NCBI GenBank assembly: GCA_905178155.1
Contig: CAJINV010000005.1
Span: forward strand, 1-40,822
Length of the DNA: 40,822 nucleotides
From: Amoebophrya sp. A120
Taxonomy: Eukaryota > Protista > Dinoflagellata
Reading direction: 5' to 3'
Part shown: positions 23,412 to 33,847 of the stretch, piece by piece
Numbering within the stretch: the stretch's first letter is position 1
Layout: the number at the start of each line of letters is the position of its first letter
Position numbers and translations under genes: made by a program
Notes under the pieces: generated by a model
Database searches by the model: none
Told to the model about the DNA's origin: nothing
What the model saw: only the letters and a program-made list of their open reading frames with translations

Positions 23412-24318
23412 CCTCCTTGTCTATCGATGTTGATCGGCTTCACGCGGTGCAGGAAGTGTTACAGGCAATGTTTCGAGGGCTTGCGTACTATTGACTACAT
23501 CCAAATAGCGGCCCGAAGTTGATGAGCTTTTGCTTTTGTGGCTCCTATTCATGAGTACTCTTCTCTTCACGAAGTTTAATTGCGGTTGTCTTTATGTTTA
23601 TTGTCACTCCGCCTGATACAACTGCCACGATGATTCTTGCACACTAGGTCCAGCGCTCACTATTAATGGAATCCATCATATTTCTTTTCCCTGGTGTTGG
23701 TCAAGAGACTAAAGCTGTTCTTTCACCGGTGCCGGATCGGAGCATTGGGGTTGCTAATGTTGCAAAACTAGAATAAATTCACTATTCGGCTTTTCTACAT
23801 TTGATCTTACAGGCTTGTCAACGGTGCACTCCTGGCAACCGTGTCGGCTCGCCCGCCCATCCCAGCAAGGCTCCGTCATCTATCACTGATCTCACGTTCG
23901 ACTTTCTTATGCTTCGTAGCACGACAAAAACCAAATAAGCAAGCAAGTAGCACGACCAATGGGACCAGTGTGATCACATTCAAATATTGGCACCGGCAAC
24001 ACAGGACAACGAGCGCTCAGCCGAAACAAAAAAGCTGTTTGTACCGCAAAACATCTGAGCAGCTGCCATGCGTCTGTTTGTCATCAACATTCATTGTAAA
24101 AACTGCAACTGTGAATGAGAGTGCTCTTGGTCATCGCATCCTGCTTTTTTCTTTGTGTCTTGCGAAAATGCAGGTAGCTGGCAGGAGCCTTACCGAAACT
24201 ACTGCGAAAGACCAAGCTCTTTCGCTACCCTCCCGTAGGCGTTTGCATTTTGAATCTCAGCACAATCATCAGAACATAACCGACCTCATTTATAATTCCT
24301 CGCCACTTTTACTACTCA

Positions 24319-27300
24319 TTAGACAGAATCACGACCGCTGGTCTTCGCAACCTTTCTTCTCCCGTCTTTATTTGTAGCTTGATTCATTGGCGATCCACTG
24401 CCGCTACCCCGGCCGCTTGCAGGCCTCTTCTTCGACTCTGAGGGCCGCCGGTCATTTTTGCCGGCAAACGCTCCCTCGGCTCTTTCCTTCTTTTTCTCGC
24501 GCAGCCGCGATGCCCGGTCCTTCTCCCACTGCGGTCGCCATCCACTGAAACTGCTAAAGTCGAGGTGATATGCCGCACTGAGTCGGAAGACCGCGTACTT
24601 TTTCGCAATGTTGCAGTCGTCAGTAGTTACGTCTGGATCAGTAGTTACGGCTGGGGTTGCAAGGGACTGCTTTCCGTCTGTATCACCAATGACGCCATCA
24701 TCTTCAAACGTCTCTCCTTCTTCGCACGATGACCTGTTGAAAAATGAGAAGAAGATAAACACACAGGATCGAGAAAAAGTTGACTTTATGAACCAGGGCG
24801 CACGCGCAGTGCAAGAGCAAAAGTAGACATTGGGAGAGTACCAAAACGAAACGAGCACAGAAAATCGATACGTGCTATCAACTGCTTTGCCGCTTTTCCT
24901 CGCGATCGTCGCATCTGGTGTGGTTTCGCCAATCGGGAAGTACAGCAAATCTTTGGCGAAAGTCCCGTCCGCCGCCTTCATTTCGCCCGACAGCGGAAGC
25001 GGCGCTACCCAGACGTGGTCCCCCTCCTCCGCCGGAAGGTATTGGTCCCCCATTTCGGACAGTAACCACTTCCCCAGCGCGTCGCGCGACGCAAAGCTTG
25101 GCAACTTCTCCGGCAGAGGTTTCCGCAGGACGATGGCACGCCGGGGCTTAAACGCTTCCACGGCATACTGACTGGACGCCTCCATCAAGAGCTGCTTGTT
25201 CCTTCGTTGCTTCTGGCTCGAAGTTGGGTCCACAACCGAATCGTCTGGTGTGGAATGATTATTGGCGAAACTACCCACCTGAAGATGGCCCTCCTCGACG
25301 CCAGTGAAGCTATCTGGTGGCAACGTGATCGGCGCAATCGGGGCCAACGGCAATGCAAACTGCTTCACGCGGTAGAACTTGTTCGCTCTGAAGGACAACT
25401 GCTGGCACCGCTCATAACTCTTCGGGTGCTCGTTTACCTCTTCCAGATACCAACGCAGCACAACTCGCATCTTCGCACCCCGCAGAGTGATCGCCGCGAG
25501 CATTCGATCGGGCAATGGGCAACCGGACAAAATTTGCGTGATATTGTCACGTGTCAACACCAACTCCAACGGGCCGCTCGAATGACTGGTAGCGGAAGTT
25601 CCCGTGACCGCAGCATGTCGAAGCGTGTCGGCCAGTGACGGCTCCCTTTTCTCCACTGGATGAATTTCCGCTGGGCCGCCTTTCCCGTTGATCGCGTCGT
25701 GAGTGGATGAGAGTAGATCAGCATAAAACTTTGACAGCTGCTCAAAGTATTCTGGCCCGTGCACAGGCCGGCTCGGATCTTCTTGTGCCAATGCCAGGTA
25801 CGGGTCGTGCTCTGTCATGAAGGCGTTTGCCGGAAAGACCAACTCCCAGTCGAAACGGATGGCTGCGAGGAGGTCACTTTTGCGCAGGTGGCTTTCCCAG
25901 GCGTCGCTGCTGCAAAAAGAGTAAATGCCGTCAACCTTCACGGGTGGAAAATGGGCGCCCGGCCCCAGTGGAACCTCGTCGCTTTGACTAGGAAAATAGA
26001 CTTGACCTAGCGAATCTCTACCGTCGACGTGTCCGTCCTCGCGTAGCGGGCCACTACCAAACAACAGCAGGCGGAGGCCACGCAGCATGGCATTAAATTG
26101 GCGTTGTTCATACGTGAGAGCCTTCAGGCCTCTTGTTTTCCGCAGTCCTACCTGCTCCGAGGCGGATGCAGGGGGGATAAAAGTGCAAGCAATTTGGTCG
26201 CTTCCGATGGGCTCCCAGATCTGGATGATGCGATGCCAGTCATCGAAGTGCCTCCAGAGTCGTGTCATCGTGTCCAATAGCTCAAGGCGAACTTGGTAAG
26301 GACAACGGTGCCGAATCCTCCGCGGATCGCTGTTGATTGAATGCACCCTCTTGCTGTTCTTGAGGCAGCTCTCAACCATTAGGGATGCGCTATGCTCTTT
26401 CTCTGGAGTCAGCTCCTCTATGTTCGGCACGAGAAACGGACCTCCTTGACCCGCTGCGGCCGTGTCGGCATGGTTCACTTCATCCCCCAAGATACTCGAA
26501 TTCTGCTCATCAACATGAACGAGGATAGCGCCTCGGTTGCCGATAGAGATATGGATATTGTCTAAAAACCGTGCGTGATCATGCAGCTGCGAGGGACAAA
26601 TGCCTGCTTCCAGAAGGTAACGGGCAACTGTTTGTGTCTCTTCATTTCCAACATCCTGCTGACCTCGTTCCCCTCCATCTTGGAGCTGGTTCATGTTCTC
26701 CGGAATCAGAACACGTTCCGCGGCTGGCGGAACCCGGACTTTGAACATTCCGCAATGCCCGAGGTCCAGCGAGTGTGCGTCGTGGTAGCCTGTGTTCGGA
26801 CCCCCCTTGTGCAGCAGAGCTTGCCTTGCGATCGGGCTCAACCCCGCACGGCGACCAACCTGGTTTCTCACATCCTGCACCGCCAGGCGGAAGCGACACT
26901 GCTGGTCGCGGACCGGGGGACCATGGCAAATGAACTCGCAATCGATTCCCGCCAGCGGCGCGCGGTTGTGGGAATCGTCGAAATCCTCGGGGTCCTGGAC
27001 CGAAATCAAGTGCGTCACGTGGTAGAGAGAGGAGTCTTCTTGCCCCACCTTCCTCGTCGAATCTTCTCTACTGGTCTTCTCGCGCTGGTGCCTCGACTCC
27101 TCCACATGCGAAATCGCACCCAGATCCAGAAGATGAGGAGCACAAGAACTCCACGGGGATTTATTCAACACCCCTGCTGCACACTCGAGGATTCGGTCCG
27201 GTTCGGCAATAATGTGTTCCGCAGCGACTTGGAGTTTCTTCCTCAAAGAATTGTGCGCTTCCAAACGAAATACATGGCTGCTGCTATCACTGTCCGTCAC

Positions 27301-30300
27301 CGTTGCGTCATCATGAACCTGACCCTGCTCCTGCTGAGAAGCAACTTTCATATTAACGTCGCCATCTGGACTCGCAGTGCTGCCGTCCTGGTTGCGACCA
27401 CCAGTGGAGATGACCTGCTCCACTAGCCCGTGTCCGCGATCATTGGCTTCGTCTACCTCAGGAACCACGGCTCCCTTGCGTTCGGCGTTTTCGTCCGCAG
27501 GCGGCATTCCGGAACAATTTGAGTTTTCCCCCGCGGCGTCGTCCGAGCACTCCGACTCCACGAGCTCCAAATCAGGGTACTTGCAGAAGATATCCGGAAC
27601 GTTTTGTCCCCTAGTCTGCACCATTGTGCTTGCGGTGAGCAGAGCGATGGCTACGGAATCCGCCACGTCCACGTCCACATCGGACTATCAACAAGCAAAA
27701 TTGAACCGTGATGTAGGTGCGTCCTCCAAAGATAGGTAGTTGTCGTGCACCCAGCGCAAGACAAAGACTTCCCGTCTAACATTAAAGTTGTCACGACCAC
27801 CTTTCGATTGATTCAAAGGCAACAAAACCTTGGTGAGTGTGATATTTTTTTTTCATCTTCGCGCACTTTTAGAAGCCCACTGCTTTGGATTGAATTTCTA
27901 CTTACGTCTACCTGCTTATTTGTGGCGTTAGTGATAGACAGGTAGTACAGCGAAATCTACATCAAGGGGCAGGCGGGAGTGCGACATTCATGAATAAGAT
28001 TGAGATATCTGATTGGGTAGTCCTCATAGTCTCGCCTTGCCTTGCGGCTATTGCCAAAAGTCATCAACGTGACCTACTGCGGTTCTCTACTACTTCGATA
28101 GCTGACGAGTTCGGAACCGGCAGGGAGGAAGTCGGTCCAGCGAGATTATCTCGTGCGTGCGCGCACGGGGGATATTCCCGAAACCTTGGCATGCCGTTGG
28201 TGCGGTGTGAATGTGGTAGTAGATGTCCAGCTTCTTGAAGGTTTCAGCCCAGGCAGAAAGAAGTGGCTTGCTGGCATCACCCAACTGGCAGTTACTCCCT
28301 TCGGCCGACTGTGGGCAGGCCGGTTGCGTGAGGCGCTGCCCGATACCGGACTGGCGCAAAGCGCGCACGAACACTTTATCCCTGCCCAATGTTCTCGCAT
28401 GAACGGGCAGCGGGGAGGATGGAGAATCCGTGCGCAGGGGAAACAGCTCTCGATTGCTGTAAATGCGATACGAAGGTAACCCAAGCACGCCACCGTCAGG
28501 CAGAAACGTAGGAGAGGACCAGAGCTGGCGCAGAACGACCTCCAGCCGCTGCTGCTGCAGCGACTTCTTGTTCCTCCGAAACCCCCGCTGATACGAATTA
28601 ACGTCGCTGAAGAAGTCCCACGGCTGTATGTCAAACTCGAAGGTCTCGTCGATCAAGATCTGCTTCCTTGAGAAACCGGCTTTCCGGAGCTTCTTCCGCG
28701 TCACAGAATTTAGGTGGGCACCGAGTTCCACTGAACCGTTGTGCACAGCCCTCTGCAGAAACAGATTAGCTTGATACTCCAAGATCGTGTCTAGTTCGAG
28801 ATCGTTTACGTCTTTGCCCTCGACCAGGTACCGCCTCTCCTTTTCGTCGTACAAGAAGTCTACCAGCATGGCGGGGCCTTTTTCACGTGTTTCCTCCAGA
28901 AGTTTCTCCGCCATCGGGAGTTGCCGCAGCAGCGGCGTTGTTCGCACACGGAGAATCCGAAAGACGGCCACGATTGCGTGGCCTTGAGTCGGGACAGTGC
29001 TCAGGTCGACCGACGTACCACGGACGACTGCAATGCAATGAAGCTGCGATCCACGGCTTTTTTGGCTTTCGGTCTCCGGTGACACGACAGAACCCGGGGT
29101 GCGGAGCGGTTCTGCCCCCTGCGATAAAGACGCACAGGAAGAAGTCTCGTCGTCAATGACAGCGGCGTGGCGCAGATCCTCGGACAACTCATCAAGTCGA
29201 ATCGCTGGTGGCAGCGCAGTGCCCGCACGGGCGCTGTCCGCGAAGGGAACCTGTTGGAGCTCGTAGCGTTCGCGCAGTCCGTCTTTCAAGTTCAGCTTCA
29301 TTGGCCGGGGACGACACCACGCACCGGGGAGGCAAACCAGCAATGTTCCGACGGTCCGTCGTCGAATGTCGTCGCGGTGCCGTAGAATGTCGTGGTCGGC
29401 TCTGCCGTCGCTTCGCCGCAGATCATGAGTAAGGATGTTTACAACACGCTCTTCCTTCGAATTATCCATCGTGGTAATTTTTTCCTCTTTCCATTTGCGA
29501 CCGCGGCCGCCGTCTGCGTCATTGTATAATGCCAGCCGACTACTAGATGCACCACGACCCGGCGCGTGGTGTCCACCAACATTTCTCGCTACTCCGGGAT
29601 TTTTCTGTTCGGCGTGCAAAGCTGTCACCGCCCTGTAAAGAGATCCCTCGTCATCAGACTTCACTTTCGTCGCGGGGCGCCTGGCAATCCTGCGGTCCCT
29701 TTCTTCCGCTTTCTCGCGGCCGTAGTGATAGTCCGGCGAGTATTTCTTTCTAAAGCGCGGGCGCGGGGACCCGTTCTTTGTGAACTTCCGGCAGCGGCGT
29801 CGGTCTTGCAGCGACTCGGCCGAGGATGAAAAACTGGAGTGGTCGCTCTCGCTAAGCTTTTCGTCTTCCTTCGTGTATTTCCAGGGCGACCTGTTGTTTT
29901 TCCGTTTCTCGGCCGAAATTGCATCGCGCAGCTTGCGGCGGCGTTTGATGCGCTTCGCGATCGCCTCGGATTTTCCGGGAGCGTCATGTCGCGCCTTCGT
30001 CTTGCGGGTCTTGCCGGCGGCGTCAAGCCGCACGAAATCCAATTCCACCGCATAGGGGTACTCCAGCTGATCACGAATGTGGTCCGGCACACCCGCCGCG
30101 ATGAGCTCGTCTGTTAACGACCGCTCCTCCAGAACTTGCCGTCCTGCACCAGATTCGTCCTCGCCGTCTTCACGATCTAACACCCCAACTTTCACCGCCA
30201 CGTCCCCAGCTCCCAGCGAGCGCGTGAAGAAGCAGTCGTTTCGGTTCTTCCGGACGTAGAAACGAGGCATGCCCTTCATTTCCTCGCGCCCCCGGTAATT

Positions 30301-31260
30301 GCAGAAGTCCGCGCAGTTGCTTCCTGTCAGCGGCACGCACAAGGACGGTGGCAGCACTGCTGGTGTGAGCTTCGGGTGCACCAGACCAGGACTGGCCGAT
30401 GCAAACGGCCGGCTAATATTCTTATCGCATTCGGCCAGGGAGCGCAGCAGCTCGTTGTCGACGCGCTTCATCTCCCCGAGAAGGGGATCGAGCCGCGCGT
30501 GCTGGTCAGCGATCAGGGCGTCCTCGAACAGATTCTGCGCGTGCTTCTCGGCGTCGCTTGTCGGCGACGAAAATTTTGGGCGCGGCATGGGGCGTCTGCT
30601 TTCGTAAAAGCGGTAGTCGTTTAAAGGGTCCCAACGTTTTGTTATTGGAGAAGAGGCAGTACTGCCTTCCCCGTCCTCATTTTTTCCAGAGTTGGTATGC
30701 CCCGCACCACCCATGTCCTCGGGTGGCTTTGCGTCTCTCTCTTTCTCGCCGCCCTGTTGACGTGCACCTCCTGAGCCTGGACTCTTGCTTGCCACTGCAG
30801 CGGACGTTGCTTTTTCCTCACACGACGAAGAGATGGCGACCGGATCCTCTCTTTCCTTGGTCTGTGTCTGCTCTGCGCCACACACATCAGAAGCCTCCGC
30901 CTCCTGCTCCTCCTCGGCTGTCAGAAGTTCAACAACTTTTTCCTGCGTTGCGGCGTTCAGAATCGAACCCAGGCTGGGGCGCTGTACCTGGTAGACGTTT
31001 CCGGAGCGAAGCACGTGGACACGGGGGGGGCCCGATACATTGACCTGGAAGGACGTTTGGAACTCGGGACCCACTCCGCGCAGGGTCCGCGCGATTTTTT
31101 CAAGGCCTTCCTCCGTGGAAACGCGCATCTTGCGCCAGGACCCATCTGCCGTCAGCACTTCACCGGCATAGGGTTCGCGGCTTTTGTCATCGTCCCCCGC
31201 GCCTCCCCACCGAGTGCCATCTGACCGACCACCATCAGATGAAGATGAAGAGGCGCTCAT
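24319..31260 (-). CDS. Family A paralog A3 (~2,130 aa), three exons
   Basis: ORFs 28090..31266 (first ATG 31260) and 24319..27678 are in the same frame and carry the A motifs in order. Model exons: 31260-28102, 27684-24872 and 24733-24319. Confidence 0.83.
24734..24871 (-). other. Canonical phase-2 GT-AG last intron of A3 (138 nt, stop-free, hidden inside the ORF call)
   Basis: AC|GTATCG...TTTTTCAACAG|G with a pyrimidine tract. It translates to an F/S-rich stretch absent from the paralogs. Confidence 0.75.
27685..28101 (-). mobile_element. Introner-like non-canonical (CT...AG) intron with interrupted terminal IR (A3)
   Basis: The sense-strand 5' end CTATCGAAGTAGTAGAGAACCGCAGTAGGT pairs in nested blocks with the 3' end ACCTACATCACGGTTCAATTTTGCTTGTTGATAG. 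It is 417 nt, and removal is in frame and eliminates the stops. Confidence 0.6.
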
Positions 31261-31785
31261 TTCCAATCAGATGTCGTCGTGGCTCGAGATTTATTTGTTT
31301 TTGTTTGCCTATGCCTTCTCTATCTCTTTTATTCATTCTACAACATCCAACAAGAAGTCTCTGAGCAGGGGAGAACAGGAGGAAACGCACCCACAAAAGC
31401 ACGGTAGTAAAGTTTTGAGCTTTGTTTTGGTCTCCTCGTCATGCTCTTGTCGGCACTAGTCGAGTGCAGAATCATCTTGGAGCACTTTTTGTCCAGCCTG
31501 CCACTTCCGTGACCAACGATGTACATCTATCATCTTACCACGCGGCTCTATCTGGTGTTGAAGCTGTTGAAGACACGTACCATGCGCAGATTTCGCAGTT
31601 GCCTCTATGTCTTCATCAAAACTCGCCAAAACATGCAACATGATCTGAATCTTTTGAGTTTGATCTGTCAAGAACCGGGATCTTGCTTTCTATCTAGAGG
31701 TCTTGACTTGTCCCTCGCTACAAAGAAAAAACTCATGGAAAGAAACCTCCTGCAACTTGAACTGTAAGCCAGTGTCAGAACTTGC

Positions 31786-31824
31786 GTAACTTTTCATCCG
31801 GCCGGCGGCCGGCAGAAAAGTTAC
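31786..31824. other. Strong hairpin ~75 nt downstream of the B3 stop
   Basis: gtaacttttc (31786-31795) / gaaaagttac (31815-31824) form perfect 10-bp arms around an inner ccggcc/ggccgg stem. Confidence 0.6.
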
Positions 31825-31899
31825 CCGGTTCCAGAATGTGCTTGATTTTTGAAGGCGATCTGGAGGTCAAGAGGGAAGTTCGGATTATCATGATCATCA

Positions 31900-33159
31900 T
31901 CATCTTGCTGGAAAATCCTCTTCATCGGAGAACGGAAACCCTACGTTGTCACTAGAGTCATCTGCATCTTCGGTTTCCGCCTCCTCTTCCTCATCCTTTT
32001 GGGCCGGAAACCACAGTAAAACCAGTTCATCGCCACTTTTGTGCACCAACTCGTCCACCAGGCGGTCGTCTGGGTCCTTTTCTCCAGCGGGTTTCTGCTC
32101 TTCCTCAGGCTGCTTGCTACCGTCATCTTCACTGCCGGCTTTTATGTCCGGTTCCTGCTTACCGGTGCTCTTCTCCCTCTTGTTCCGGACTGGAGACAGG
32201 CCCCCGTCGTCGATGTCCATGTCGTCTGCAAGCGGAGAAAAGTCGTCGCTGTTCATCTCCACGTCGCTCAGAACCGCATCGCTCTTCCCCTCGTTATCCG
32301 ATACCGCGTCCTCCGTGAGCTGCGGCACGAACTGCAACGTGCGGTCGGGAAAGCAGCGTTGGATCTGCTCCCTCGCCTCCCGCAGCGTCCAGGAGCGGTT
32401 GATCTTCAGCGTCGGCTGATCTTTAGCATCCAAACCCTGGATGGTCACACCGTACTCGTTACCGGAGATGTCGACGAGCCGAACGTACCGGATTGGAGCT
32501 TCCTCCTCGTCGCTCGCCTCTGGTGCATTTTTGTTTTCTCCACCTGCACCGGAGCTTTTCTTGTCTACTTCCTTCTTTTCCCCGACTGCATTCTTGCTTG
32601 CTGCGGCGCCCGTGCCGCAGTCGGCTTTGGCCTTTGCGTCGACCACTAGACCACAAGACGCATTTTCACCACTTTCTCCGGCGGAGGTCTGTGCTACATC
32701 AACCGGCTTCTCGTCGCCCAGCTTCCGTTCGCCGCTCCCATTATCTACTACTGCGGGCGCGCCGGCTGCTTTGGCCGATTGGTTGGCCTGGTCCTTGATG
32801 TCCTGCTTCTGCACGTTTGAGCTTTTGCCTTTCGTCACTTCTTTAATTTCCTCTTCGGTGGCGGAGCTGGTCCCGCCTACCTCTCGTGAAACCGTCGCGA
32901 GCACTGTCGGGGAGTAGCCGAAGGTGCTCACGTCCACGGAGTCGATCCGCCACCCGTCCTCAGCTGGCAGAAGCACGTTGGAGAGCCACGTCCGCACATG
33001 CGTCAAGCTTGACAGCTTCGGGGAAAACATGATGCCCCGACTTCGCGACTGCTCCCCGGTGCCAACCGTCGCAAGCGGCACGCGGGCCATTTCGAAGGCG
33101 GTGGCGACATGGCTGGTTGTCGCCACCAACTGAAGAGGCATATCATCATCCATGGACAT
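31900..33159 (-). CDS. Family B paralog B3 (419 aa)
   Basis: Single ATG ORF with PLQLVAT, HVRTWLSNVLLPAEDGW, IRYVRLVDISG, TLREAREQIQRCF and DPDDRLVDELVHKSGDELVLLWFP. Confidence 0.88.
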   Translation of the reverse strand: MSMDDDMPLQLVATTSHVATAFEMARVPLATVGTGEQSRSRGIMFSPKLSSLTHVRTWLSNVLLPAEDGWRIDSVDVSTFGYSPTVLATVSREVGGTSSATEEEIKEVTKGKSSNVQKQDIKDQANQSAKAAGAPAVVDNGSGERKLGDEKPVDVAQTSAGESGENASCGLVVDAKAKADCGTGAAASKNAVGEKKEVDKKSSGAGGENKNAPEASDEEEAPIRYVRLVDISGNEYGVTIQGLDAKDQPTLKINRSWTLREAREQIQRCFPDRTLQFVPQLTEDAVSDNEGKSDAVLSDVEMNSDDFSPLADDMDIDDGGLSPVRNKREKSTGKQEPDIKAGSEDDGSKQPEEEQKPAGEKDPDDRLVDELVHKSGDELVLLWFPAQKDEEEEAETEDADDSSDNVGFPFSDEEDFPAR

Positions 33160-33847
33160 GTTCGAGCGCTTGAGTATCTTGTTGCGACGACATACGATCC
33201 TCAGTGGTACAACTGTACGAGAATTTCAAGAGGGTACACTGAAGAAAAAAAAAAAACTCTCATGACGACAAGCGCAACCTCGCTGATGTGCTCTACAGAT
33301 CAGAGAACTGAACGAAGAATTTTTTGGGCAACTTGCTCCGAAGCAGAGTTTTGGTTTTCCGAGATGCCACTTTCGCAAAAAATAAAACGTCAGCGTGTTG
33401 CGCAAATTACTCCTTTGCATCGTCGATTGGCGTAGTTTTACTTCTGGTTTAACTGTACATACATAGTCATAGATTCTTGTTTGTGAAAAGTAACAAAGCG
33501 AACAACTGGAGGCGAGTCTTCCATTTGAAAGTAGTCTTGCGAGGGGGTCTGGTTCTCAATGCCACAGCCAGACAGGCCGTAAGTAGATACAAAAACAGTT
33601 GTTGCTCATCAACTTCTTTTTGGCAGCGTGGTGCAGAAGAACGCCGGGTGTACCCATGATATAAATAGAATTTAGCCATATCCGTGGTAGATACTTGTGC
33701 CTAGAATCTCATATACAGAACATCTTCCTCCAGCAAACGTCATCATAGTGAGTTTGTTTTCGGATTCTCGCGAACAGAGATGCATTTACATCCTCAAACA
33801 CATATTTGAACGCGTTAACCAAGTCAGTAGCTGTCCCGCGATCCTCG

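Noticed and set aside
27647-27657. TCCGTAGCCAT on the minus strand, matching the first 11 nt of the dinoflagellate spliced leader
   Set aside because: It lies inside coding sequence (DSVAI), the rest of the leader is absent, and a match this short is plausible by chance.
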